Source: Mobula hypostoma (Eukaryota). From it: a stretch of DNA of 64,000 bases. Each line of letters starts with the position of its first letter. Positions within the stretch are counted from its first letter, which is position 1. This document shows positions 33,601-46,664 of the stretch, one piece after another. Under the pieces are notes generated by a model, which saw only the letters and a list, made by a program, of their open reading frames with translations, was not told where the DNA came from and made no database searches. The position numbers and the translations under genes were made by a program. The stretch is taken from NCBI RefSeq assembly GCF_963921235.1, contig NC_086097.1:138138001-138202000 (forward strand), read 5' to 3'.

Positions 33601-36600
33601 GACACAGACTGTACACAGACAGACACCTCACTGACACTCTCTGTACACAGAAACTTCACTGACACTGACCGCACACAGACACTTCACAGACACAGAGAGA
33701 TGCTTCACTGATACAGACCACCCACAGACACTTCACTGACACTGACTGTACACAGACAGACACTTCACCGACACAGACTGTACACAGACACTTCACTGAC
33801 ACAGACTGTACACAGACAGACTCTTCACTGACACTGACTGTACACAGACACTTCACTGACACAGACTGTACACAGACAGTCACTTCACTGACACAGACTG
33901 CATAGAGGCACTTCACTGATACTGACTGTACACGGACAGACACTTCACTGACACTGACTGTACACAGACACTTCACTGACACAGACTGCACACAGACACT
34001 TCAGTGACACAGATCGTACACAGACACACACTTCACTGACACTGACTGTACACAGACAGACACTTCATTGACACTGACTGTACACAGACACTTCACTGAC
34101 ACTGACTGAACACAGACACTTCACTGACACTGGCTGTACACAGGCAGACATTTCACTGACACTGACTGCACACAGACAGACACTTCACTGACACAGAGTG
34201 TACACAGACAGACTCTTCACTGACACTGACTGTACACAGATACTTCACTGAAACAGACCGCACACAGACAGACACTTCACTTACACTGACTGTACACAGA
34301 CAGACACTTCACTGACACAGACTGTACACAGACACCTCACTGACACTGTCTGTACACAGACAGACACTTCACTGACACAGATGTACACAGACAGACACTT
34401 CACAGACACTGACCGCACACAGACACTTCACTGACACAGACTGTATACAGACAGACACTTCATTGACACTGACTGTACACAGACACTTCACTGACACAGA
34501 CTGTACACAGAAAGACACTTCACTGACACTGACTGTACACAGACAGTCACTTCACTGACACTGACTCTACACAGACAGACACTTCACTGACACTGACTGT
34601 ACACAGACACTTCACTGACACCGACAGCACACAGAAAGACACTTCACTGACACTGACTGTACACAGACAGTCACTTCACTGACACTGACTCTACACAGAC
34701 AGCCACTTCACAGACACAGACAGTACACAGACACTTCACTGACACTGACTACACACAGACATTTCACTGACACTGACCGCCCACAGACACTTCACTGACA
34801 CTAACTCTACACAGACAGACACATCACTGACAGACTGTGAACAAACACTTCACTGACACTGACTGCACGGACAGAAACTTCAGTGACACAAACTGTACAC
34901 AGACTGTTCACTGACACAGACTGAACACAAACACTTCACTGACACAGACTGTACAGACACTTCACAGACACAGACTGTACACAGACACTTCACAGACACA
35001 GACTGCACACAGACAGACATTTTACTGACAATGACTGTACACCGACAGACACTTCACTGACACAGACTGCACCCAGACAGACACTGCACTGACAGAAACT
35101 GCACAGACAGACACTTCACTGACACTGACTGTACATAGACAGAAACTTCAGTGACACAGACTGTATACAGACATTTCACTGACACTGACTATACACAGAC
35201 AGAAACTTCAGTGGTACAGACTGTACACAGATACTTCACTGACACAGACTGTACACAGACACTTCACTGACACTGACTGCATACAGACACTTTACTGACA
35301 CAGACTGTACACAGACACTTCACTGACACAGACTGTACACAGACACTTCATTGACACAGACTGTACACAGACACTTCATTGACACTGACCGTACACAGAC
35401 AGACACTTCACTGACACTGACTGTACACAGACAGACACTTCACAGTCACTGACTGTACACAGACACTTCACTGACACTGACTGTACACAGACAGACACTT
35501 CACTGACACAGACAGCACACAGACACTTCACTGACACTGACTACACACAGACACTTCACTGACACTGACCGCCGACAGACACTTCACTGACACTAACTGT
35601 ACACAGACAGACACTTCACTGACAGACTGTACACAGACACTTCACTGACACTGACTGCACAGACAGAAACTTCAGTGACACAGACTGTACACAGACAGTT
35701 CACTGACACTGACTGTACACAGACACTTCACTGACACAGACTGCACACAAACAGACATTTCACTGACACTGACTGTACACCGACAGACACTTTACTGACA
35801 CAGACTGTACACAGACACTTCGCTGACACAGACTGTACACAAACAGTTCACTGACACTGACTGTACACAGACACTTCACTGACACTTACTGTACACAGAC
35901 AGACACTTCATTGACACTGACTGTACACAGACAGTCACTTCACTGACACTGACTGTACACAGACACTTCACTAACACTGATGTACACAGACGGACATTTC
36001 ACTGACACAGACTGCACAGACAGACACTTCACTGACACAGACTGTACACGGACAGACACTTCATTGACACAGACAGTGCACAGACATTTCACAGACACTG
36101 ACTGAACACAGACACTTCACAGACACAGACTGTACACAGACACTTCACTGACACAAACTGTACACAGACAGACACTTCACTGACAGACTGTGCACAGACA
36201 CTTCACTGACACTGACTGCACAGACAAGAAACTTCACTGAAACAGACTGTACACAGACACTTCACTGACACTGAATGTACACAGACACTTCACTGACACA
36301 GACTGCACTGACAGACACTTCACTGACAGAGACTGTACACAGACACTTCACTGACGCAGACTGCACACAGACAGACATTTTACTGACAATGACTGTACAC
36401 CGACAGACACTTCACTGAAACACACTGCACCCAGACAGACACTTCACTGACAGAGACTGCACAGACAGACACTTCACTGACACTGACTGTACACAGACAG
36501 AAAGTTCAGTGACACAGACTGTATACACACACGTCACTGACACAGACTGAACACAGACACTTCACTGACATAGACTGCACCCAGGCAGACATTTCACTGA

Positions 36601-39600
36601 CACTGACAGTACACCGACAGACACATCACTGAAACAGACTGTACTCAGACACTTCACTGACACAAACTGTATACAGACATTTCACTGACACTGACTGTAC
36701 ACAGACAGAAACTTCAGTGACACAGACTGTACACAGACACTTCACTGACTCAGACAGACACTTCACTGACACTGACCACACACAGACACTTCACTGACAC
36801 AGACCGAACACAGACACTTCACTTACACTGACTGTACACAGACAGACACCTTACTGACACTGTCTGTACACAGAAACTTCACTGACACTGACCGCACACA
36901 GACACTTCACAGACACAGACTGTACACAGACAGATGCTTCACTGATACAGACCACCCACAGACACTTCACTGACACTGCCTGCACACAGAAAGAAACTTC
37001 AGTGACACAGACTGTACACAGACTGTTCACTGACATAGACTGTACACAGACACTTCACTGACACTAACTGTACACAGACAGTTCACTGACACTGACTGTA
37101 CACAGACACTTCACTGACACTGACTGCACACAGACACTTCAGTGACACAGATCGTACACAGACAGACACTTCACTGACACTTCATTGACACTGACTGGAC
37201 ATAGACACTTCACTGACACAGACCGAACACAGACAGACACTTCACTTACACTGACAGACACTTCACTGACACAGACTGTACACAGACAGACACCTCACTG
37301 ACACTGCCTGTACACAGAAACTTCACTGACACTGACCGCACACAGACACTTCACAGACACAGAGAGATGCTTCACTGATACAGACCACCCACAGACACTT
37401 CACTGACACTGACTGTACACAGACAGACACTTCACCGACACAGACTGTACACAGACACTTCACTGACACAGACTGTACACAGACAGACTCTTCACTGACA
37501 CTGACTGTACACAGACACTTCACTGACACAGACTGTACACAGACAGTCACTTCACTGACACAGACTGCATAGAGACACTTCACTGATACTGACTGTACAC
37601 GGACAGACACTTCACTGACACTGACTGTACACAGACTTACCCTTCATTGACACTGACTGTACACAGACACTTCACTGACACAGACTGCACACAGACACTT
37701 CAGTGACACAGATCGTACACAGACAGACACTTCACTGACACTTCATTGACACTGACTGTACACAGACACTTCACTGACACAGACCGAACACAGACAGACA
37801 CTTCACTTACACTGACTGTACACAGACAGACACTTCACTGACACAGACTGTACACAGACACACACCTCACTGACACTCTCTGTACACAGAAACTTCACTG
37901 ACACTGACCGCACAGAGACACTTCACAGACACAGAGAGATGCTTCACTGATACAGACCACCCACAGACACTTCACTGACACTGACTGTACACAGACAGAC
38001 ACTTCACCGACACAGACTGTACACAGACACTTCACTGACACAGACTGTACACAGACAGACTCTTCACTGACACTGACTGTACACAGACACTTCACTGACA
38101 CAGACTGTACACAGACAGTCACTTCACTGACACAGACTGCATAGAGGCACTTCACTGATACTGACTGTACACGGACAGACACTTCACTGACACTGACTGT
38201 ACACAGACACTTCACTGACACAGACTGCACACAGACACTTCAGTGACACAGATCGTACACAGACAGACACTTCACTGACACTGACTGTACACAGACAGAC
38301 ACTTCATTGACACTGACTGTACACAGACACTTCACTGACACTGACTGAACACAGACACTTCACTGACACTGGCTGTACACAGGCAGACATTTCACTGACA
38401 CTGACTGCACACAGACAGACACTTCACTGACACAGAGTGTACACAGACAGACTCTTCACTGACACTGACTGTACACAGATACTTCACTGAAACAGACCGC
38501 ACACAGACAGACACTTCACTTACACTGACTGTACACAGACAGACACTTCACTGACACAGACTGTACACAGACACCTCACTGACACTGTCTGTACACAGAC
38601 AGACACTTCACTGACACAGATGTACACAGACAGACACTTCACAGACACTGACCGCACACAGACACTTCACTGACACAGACTGTATACAGACAGACACTTC
38701 ATTGACACTGACTGTACACAGACACTTCACTGACACAGACTGTACACAGAAAGACACTTCACTGACACTGACTGTACACAGACAGTCACTTCACTGACAC
38801 TGACTCTACACAGACAGACACTTCACTGACACTGACTGTACACAGACACTTCACTGACACCGACAGCACACAGAAAGACACTTCACTGACACTGACTCTA
38901 CACAGACAGCCACTTCACAGACACAGACAGTACACAGACACTTCACTGACACTGACTACACACAGACATTTCACTGACACTGACCGCCCACAGACACTTC
39001 ACTGACACTAACTCTACACAGACAGACACTTCACTGACAGACTGTGAACAAACACTTCACTGACACTGACTGCATGGACAGAAACTTCAGTGACACAAAC
39101 TGTACACAGACTGTTCACTGACACAGACTGAACACAAACATTTCACTGACACAGACTGTACAGACACTTCACAGACACAGACTGTACACAGACACTTCAC
39201 AGACACAGACTGCACACAGACAGACATTTTACTGACAATGACTGTACACTGACAGACACTTCACTGACACAGACTGCACCCAGACAGACACTGCACTGAC
39301 AGAAACTGCACAGACAGACACTTCACTGACACTGACTGTACATAGACAGAAACTTCAGTGACACAGACTGTATACAGACATTTCACTGACACTGACTATA
39401 CACAGACAGAAACTTCAGTGGTACAGACTGTACACAGATACTTCACTGACACAGACTGTACACAGACACTTCACTGACACTGACTGCATACAGACACTTT
39501 ACTGACACAGACTGTACACAGACACTTCACTGACACAGACTGTACACAGACACTTCATTGACACAGACTGTACACAGACACTTCATTGACACTGACCGTA

Positions 39601-42480
39601 CACAGACAGACACTTCACTGACACTGACTGTACACAGACAGACACTTCACAGTCACTGACTGTACACAGACACTTCACTGACACTGACTGTACACAGACA
39701 GACACTTCACTGACACAGACAGTACACAGACACTTCACTGACACTGACTACACACAGACACTTCAATGACAATGACCGCCCACAGACACTTCACTGACAC
39801 TAACTGTACACAGACAGACACTTCACTGACAGACTGTACACAGACACTTCACTGACACTGACTGCACAAACAGAAACTTCAGTGACACAGACTGTACACA
39901 GACAATTCACTGACACAGACTGCAAACAAACAAACATTTCACTGACACTGACTGTACACCGACAGACACTTTACTGACACAGACTGTACACAGACACTTC
40001 GCTGACACAGACTGTACACAAACAGTTCACTGACACTGACTGTACACAGACACTTCACTGACACTTACTGTACACAGACAGACACTTCATTGACACTGAC
40101 TGTACACAGACAGTCACTTCACTGACACTGACTGTACACAGACACTTCACTAACACTGATGTACACAGACGGACATTTCACTGACACAGACTGCACAGAC
40201 AGACACTTCACTGACACAGACTGTACACGGACAGACACTTCATTGACACAGACAGTGCACAGACATTTCACAGACACTGACTGAACACAGACACTTCACA
40301 GACACAGACTGTACACAGACACTTCACTGACACAAACTGTACACAGACAGACACTTCACTGACAGACTGTGCACAGACACTTCACTGACACTGACTGCAC
40401 AGACAAGAAACTTCACTGACACAGACTGTACACAGACACTTCACTGACACTGAATGTACACAGACACTTCACTGACACAGACTGCACCGACAGACACTTC
40501 ACTGACAGAGACTGTACACAGACACTTCACTGACGCAGACTGCACACAGACAGACATTTTACTGACAATGACTGTACACCGACAGACACTTCACTGAAAC
40601 ACACTGCACCCAGACAGACACTTCACTGACAGAGACTGCACAGACAGACACTTCACTGACACTGACTGTACACAGACAGAAAGTTCAGTGACACAGACTG
40701 TATACACACACGTCACTGACACAGACTGAACACAGACACTTCACTGACATAGACTGCACCCAGGCAGACATTTCACTGACACTGACAGTACACCGACAGA
40801 CACATCACTGAAACAGACTGTACTCAGACACTTCACTGACACAAACTGTATACAGACATTTCACTGACACTGACTGTACACAGACAGAAACTTCAGTGAC
40901 ACAGACTGTACACAGACACTTCACTGACTCAGACAGACACTTCACTGACACTGACCACACACAGACACTTCACTGACACAGACCGAACACAGACACTTCA
41001 CTTACACTGACTGTACACAGACAGACACCTTACTGACACTGTCTGTACACAGAAACTTCACTGACACTGACCGCACACAGACACTTCACAGACACAGACT
41101 GTACACAGACAGATGCTTCACTGATACAGACCACCCACAGACACTTCACTGACACTGCCTGCACACAGAAAGAAACTTCAGTGACACAGACTGTACACAG
41201 ACTGTTCACTGACATAGACTGTACACAGACACTTCACTGACACTAACTGTACACAGACAGTTCACTGACACTGACTGTACACAGACACTTCACTGACACT
41301 GACTGCACACAGACACTTCAGTGACACAGATCGTACACAGACAGACACTTCACTGACACTTCATTGACACTGACTGGACATAGACACTTCACTGACACAG
41401 ACCGAACACAGACAGACACTTCACTTACACTGACAGACACTTCCTGACACAGACTGTACACAGACAGACACCTCACTGACACTGCCTGTACACAGAAACT
41501 TCACTGACACTGACCGCACACAGACACTTCACAGACACAGAGAGATGCTTCACTGATACAGACCACCCACAGACACTTCACTGACACTGACTGTACACAG
41601 ACAGACACTTCACCGACACAGACTGTACACAGACACTTCACTGACACAGACTGTACACAGACAGACTCTTCACTGACACTGACTGTACACAGACACTTCA
41701 CTGACACAGACTGTACACAGACAGTCACTTCACTGACACAGACTGCATAGAGACACTTCACTGATACTGACTGTACACGGACAGACACTTCACTGACACT
41801 GACTGTACACAGACTTACCCTTCATTGACACTGACTGTACACAGACACTTCACTGACACAGACTGCACACAGACACTTCAGTGACACAGATCGTACACAG
41901 ACAGACACTTCACTGACACTTCATTGACACTGACTGTACACAGACACTTCACTGACACAGACCGAACACAGACAGACACTTCACTTACACTGACTGTACA
42001 CAGACAGACACTTCACTGACACAGACTGTACACAGACACACACCTCACTGACACTCTCTGTACACAGAAACTTCACTGACACTGACCGCACACAGACACT
42101 TCACAGACACAGAGAGATGCTTCACTGATACAGACCACCCACAGACACTTCACTGACACTGACTGTACACAGACAGACACTTCACCGACACAGACTGTAC
42201 ACAGACACTTCACTGACACAGACTGTACACAGACAGACTCTTCACTGACACTGACTGTACACAGACACTTCACTGACACAGACTGTACACAGACAGTCAC
42301 TTCACTGACACAGACTGCATAGAGACACTTCACTGATACTGACTGTACACGGACAGACACTTCACTGACACTGACTGTACACAGACACTTCACTGACACA
42401 GACTGCACACAGACACTTCAGTGACACAGATCGTACACAGACAGACACTTCACTGACACTGACTGTACACAGACAGACAC
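18700..42480. repeat. Higher-order repeats of about 4.1-4.8 kb; the right-hand copies contain 2-3 tandem 572-bp sub-units
   Basis: GTGGTACAG at 21775, 26284, 30428, 35211, 39418 (spacings 4509, 4144, 4783, 4207). 572-bp spaced blocks at 28301/28873, 32512/33084/33656, 37323/37895 and 41501/42073. Ends approximate. Confidence 0.85.
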
Positions 42481-45400
42481 TTCATTGACACAGACTGCAC
42501 ACAGGCACTTCACTAACCCTGACTGTACACAGACACTTCACTGACACTGACTGTACACAGACAGACACTGCACTGACACAGACTGCACACAGACATTTCA
42601 CTGACACTGACTACACACAGACACTTCACTGACACTAACTGTACACAGACAGACACTTCAACGACAGAATGTGCACAGACACTTCACTGACACTGACTGC
42701 ACAGACAGAAACATCAGTGACACAGACTGTACACAGACAGTTCACTGACACTGACTGTACACCGACACTTCACTGACACTGACTGTACACAGACACTTCA
42801 ATAACACAGACTGCACACAGACAGACATTTCAATGACCCAGACTGTACACAGACACTTCACTGACACAGACTATACACAGACAGTTCATTGACATTGTCT
42901 GTACACAGACACTTCACTGACACTGACCGCACACGGACACTTCACAGACACAGACTGTACACAGACAGATGCTTCACTGATACAGACCACCCTTAGACAC
43001 TTCACTGACACTCACTGTACACAGTCAGACACTTCACTGACACTGACTTTACATAGACAGACACTTCACTGACACAGACTGTACACAGACACTTCACTGA
43101 CACAGACTGTACACAGACTCTTCACTGACACTGACTGTACACAGACACTTCATTGACACTGACCGTACACAGACAGACACTTCACTGACACAGACAGCAT
43201 ACAGACATACCCTTCATTGACACTGACTGTACACAGACACTTCACTGACACTGACCGCACTGACAGAACCTTCAGTGACCCTGACTGTACACAGATACTT
43301 CACTGACACAGCCTGCACACAGAAAGAACCTTCAGTGACACAGACTGTACACAGACAGTTCACTGACACAGACTGTACACAGACACTTCACTGACACTAA
43401 CTGTACACAGACAGTTCACTAACACTGACTGTACACAGACACTTCACTGACACTGACGGCACACAGACGCTTCAGTGACACAGATCGTACACAGACAGAC
43501 ACTTCACTGACACTTCATTGACACTGACTGTACACAGAGACTTCACTGACACAGACCAAACACAGACAGACACTTCACTTACACTGACTGTACACAGACA
43601 GACACTTCACTGACACAGACTGTACACAGAAACTTCAGTGACTCTGCACACAGACACTTTACTGACACAGACTGTACACAGACACTTCACTGACACTGAC
43701 TGCACACAGACACTACACTGACACAGACTGTACATAGACACTTCACTGACACAAACTGTATACAGTTCACTAACACAGACTGTACACAGACACTTCACTG
43801 ACACAGACTGCACACAGACAGACATTAAACTGACAGTGACTGTACACCGACAGACACTTCACTGACACAGACTGTACACAGACACTTCACTGACACAGAC
43901 TGTATACAGACACTTCACTGACACAGACTGTACACAATCAGTTCACTGACACTGACTGTATACAGACATTTCACTGACACTGACTATACACAGACAGAAA
44001 CGTCAGTGGCACAGACTGTACACAGACACTTCACTGACACAGACTGTACACAGACACTTCACTGACACTGACTGTGCACAGACACTTCACTGACACTGAC
44101 TACACACAGACACTTCAATGACAATGACCGCCCACAGACACTTCACTGACACTAACTGTACACAGACAGACACTTCACTGACAGACTGTACACAGACACT
44201 TCACTGACACTGACTGCACAGACAGAAACTTCAGTGACACAGACTGTACACAGACAATTCACTGACACAGACTGTACACAGAAACTTCACTGACACTGAC
44301 TGCACACAGACACTTTACTGACACAGACTGTACACAGACACTTCACTGACACTGACTGCACACAGACACTTCACTGACACAGACTGTACATAGACACTTC
44401 ATTGACACAGACTGTATACAGTTCACTAACACAGACTGTACAGAGACACTTCACTGACACAGACTGCACACAGACAGACATTTCACTGTCACTGACTGTA
44501 CACCGACAGACACTTCACTGACACAGTCTGTACACAGACACTTCACTGACACAGACTGTATACAGACATTTCACTGACACTGACTATACACAGACAGAAA
44601 CATCAGTGGTACAGACTGTACACAGATACTTCACTGACACAGACTGTACACAGACACTTCACTGACACTGACTGCATACAGACACTTTACTGACACAGAC
44701 TGTACACAGACACTTCACTGACACAGACTGTACAGACACTTCATTGACACAGACTGTACACAGACACTTCATTGGCACTGACCGTACACAGACAGACACT
44801 TCACTGACACAGACAGCACACAGACAGGTACTTCACTAACACAGACTGCACACAGACAGACACTTCACTGACACAGACTGCACAAAGACACTTCACTGAC
44901 AGACTGTGCACAGACACTTCACTGACACTGACTGTACACAGACAGACACTTCACAGTCACTGACTGTACACAGACACTTCACTGACACTGACTGTACACA
45001 GACAGACACTTCACTGACACAGACAGTACACAGACAGAAAGTTCAGTGACACAGACTGTATACACACACGTCACTGACACAGACTGTACACAGACACTTC
45101 ACTGACATAGACTGCACCCAGGCAGACATTTCACTGACACTGACAGTACACCGACAGACACTTCACTGAAACAGACTGTACACAGACACTTCACTGACAC
45201 AAACTGTATACAGACATTTCACTGACACTGACTGTACACAGACAGAAACTTCAGTGACACAGACTGTACATAGACACTTCACTGACTCAGACAGACACTT
45301 CACTGACACTGACCACACACAGACACTTCACTGACACAGACCGAACACAGACAGACACTTCACTTACACTGACTGTACACAGACAGACACCTTACTGACA

Positions 45401-45584
45401 CTGTCTGTACACAGAAACTTCACTGACACTGACCGCACACAGACACTTCACAGACACAGACTGTACACAGACAGATGCTTCACTGATACAGACCACCCAC
45501 AGACACTTCACTGACACTGCCTGCACACAGAAAGAAACTTCAGTGACACAGACTGTACACAGACTGTTCACTGACATAGACTGT

Positions 45585-46565
45585 AGGAAGCAAAGAGTGG
45601 GAATAAACGGGACCTTTTCAGAATGGCAGGCGGTGACTAGTGGGGTACCGCAAGGCTCAGTGCTGGGACCCCAGTTGTTTACAATATATATTAATGACTT
45701 GGATGAGGGAATTAAATGCAGCATCTCCAAGTTTGCGGATGACACGAAGCTGGGTGGCAGTGTTAGCAGTGAGGAGGATGCTAAGAGGATGCAGGGTGAC
45801 TTGGATAGGTTGGGTGAGTGGGCAAACTCATGGCAGATGCAATTTAATGTGGATAAATGTGAAGTTATCCACTTTGGTGGCAAAAATAGGAAAACAGATT
45901 ATTATCTGAATGGTGGCCGATTAGGAAAAGGGGAGGTGCAACGAGACCTGGGTGTCATTATACACCAGTCATTGAAAGTGGGCATGCAGGTACAGCAGGC
46001 GGTGAAAAAGGCGAACGGTATGCTGGCATTTATAGCGAGAGGATTCGAGTACAGGAGCAGGGAGGTACTACTGCAGTTGTACAAGGCCTTGGTGAGACCA
46101 CACCTGGAGTATTGTGTGCAGTTTTGGTCCCCTAATCTGAGGAAAGACATCTTTGCCATAGAGGGAGTACAAAGAAGGTTCACCAGATTGATTCCTGGGA
46201 TGGCAGGTCTTTCATATGAAGAAAGACTGGATGAACTGGGCTTGTACTCGTTGGAATTTAGAAGATTGAGGGGGGATCTGATTGAAACGTATAAGATCCT
46301 AAAGGGATTGGACAGGCTAGATGCAGGAAGATTGTTCCCGATGTTGGGGAGGTCTAGAACGAGGGGTCACAGTTTGAGGATAGAGGGGAAGCCTTTTAGG
46401 ACCGAGGTTAGGAAAAACTTCTTCACACAGAGAGTGGTGAATCTGTGGAATTCTCTGCCACAGCAAACTGTTGAGGCCAGTTCATTAGCTATGTTTAAAA
46501 GGAAGTTAGATATGGCCCTTGTGGCTACAGGGGTCAGGGGGTATGGAGGGAAGGCTGGGTTCTGA
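45585..46565 (+). pseudogene. Truncated LINE ORF2 fragment (C-terminal RT domains plus CR1-type C-terminus), 326 codons plus TGA, no internal stops
   Basis: Translation RKQRVGING...TSGVPQGSVLGPQLF (from about 45636)...KFADDTKL (FADD at 45732-45743)...WQMQFNVDKC...LVRPHLEYCVQFWSP...FFTQRVVNLWNSLP; stop at 46563-46565. The endonuclease and N-terminal RT are missing. The first in-frame ATG (45789) lies downstream of FADD, so no functional RT can be made from this copy. Confidence 0.92.
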
Positions 46566-46640
46566 GTTGGATGATCAGCCATGATCATAATAAATGGCGG
46601 TGCAGGCTCGAAGGGCCGAATGGCCTACTCCTGCACCTAT
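46566..46640 (+). other. LINE 3' UTR with two predicted stem-loops (likely ORF2 recognition element)
   Basis: ATGATCA (46571-46577) and TGATCAT (46582-46588) form a perfect inverted repeat. GGTGCAGG (46599-46606) and CCTGCACC (46630-46637) form a perfect inverted repeat enclosing GGCC-GAAT-GGCC (46614-46625). Function is inferred from known 3' stem-loop recognition in CR1/L2-type LINEs. Confidence 0.75.
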
Positions 46641-46664
46641 TTTCTATGTTTCTATGTTTCTATG
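46641..46664 (+). repeat. LINE 3' terminal microsatellite (TTTCTATG)3
   Basis: Three perfect octamers at 46641-46648, 46649-46656 and 46657-46664, analogous to the octamer tails of CR1 elements. Confidence 0.95.

Larger units (their letters stand above)
1..45585. repeat. Tandem satellite/minisatellite array, left arm; 28/32-bp monomer CACTTCACTGACAC(T/A)GACTGTACACAGA[CAGA]
   Basis: Read directly: continuous head-to-tail copies of the monomer from base 1 (runs off the window) to ...GACATAGACTGTA at 45585. Length variants include 28, 32, about 26/30 and 17 bp (CACTTCACTGACACAGA). No inverted blocks seen. Confidence 0.99.
45585..46664 (+). mobile_element. 5'-truncated non-LTR retrotransposon (LINE), CR1 clade, about 1.08 kb; probably an elasmobranch CR1/HER1-like family
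   Basis: Abrupt switch to non-repetitive, G/A-rich sequence at AGGAAGCAAAGAGTGG. It encodes the C-terminal part of a LINE ORF2 RT, followed by a short 3' UTR with stem-loops and an octamer microsatellite tail instead of poly(A), which is the CR1 architecture. The host/family assignment rests on recalled similarity of the 3' end (GGCCGAATGGCCTACTCCTGCACCTAT-TTTCTATG), not on a search. Confidence 0.95.

Noticed and set aside
45543..46565. 340-aa satellite-LINE fusion protein as a real CDS
   Set aside because: The first 14 codons are satellite DNA that happens to be in frame, and the start is GTG. The first ATG (45789) lies after the catalytic FADD motif, and no promoter or splice evidence is visible.
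45392..46588. Antisense and alternative-frame ORFs over the LINE (45392..45883 -, 45640..45909 +, 45902..46183 -, 46367..46588 -)
   Set aside because: These are shadow frames of the RT coding sequence with no independent motifs; the longest simply runs out into satellite.
46589..46594. AATAAA in the LINE 3' UTR as a polyadenylation signal
   Set aside because: The element ends in an octamer microsatellite with no poly(A), so there is no evidence the hexamer is used; it may be incidental.
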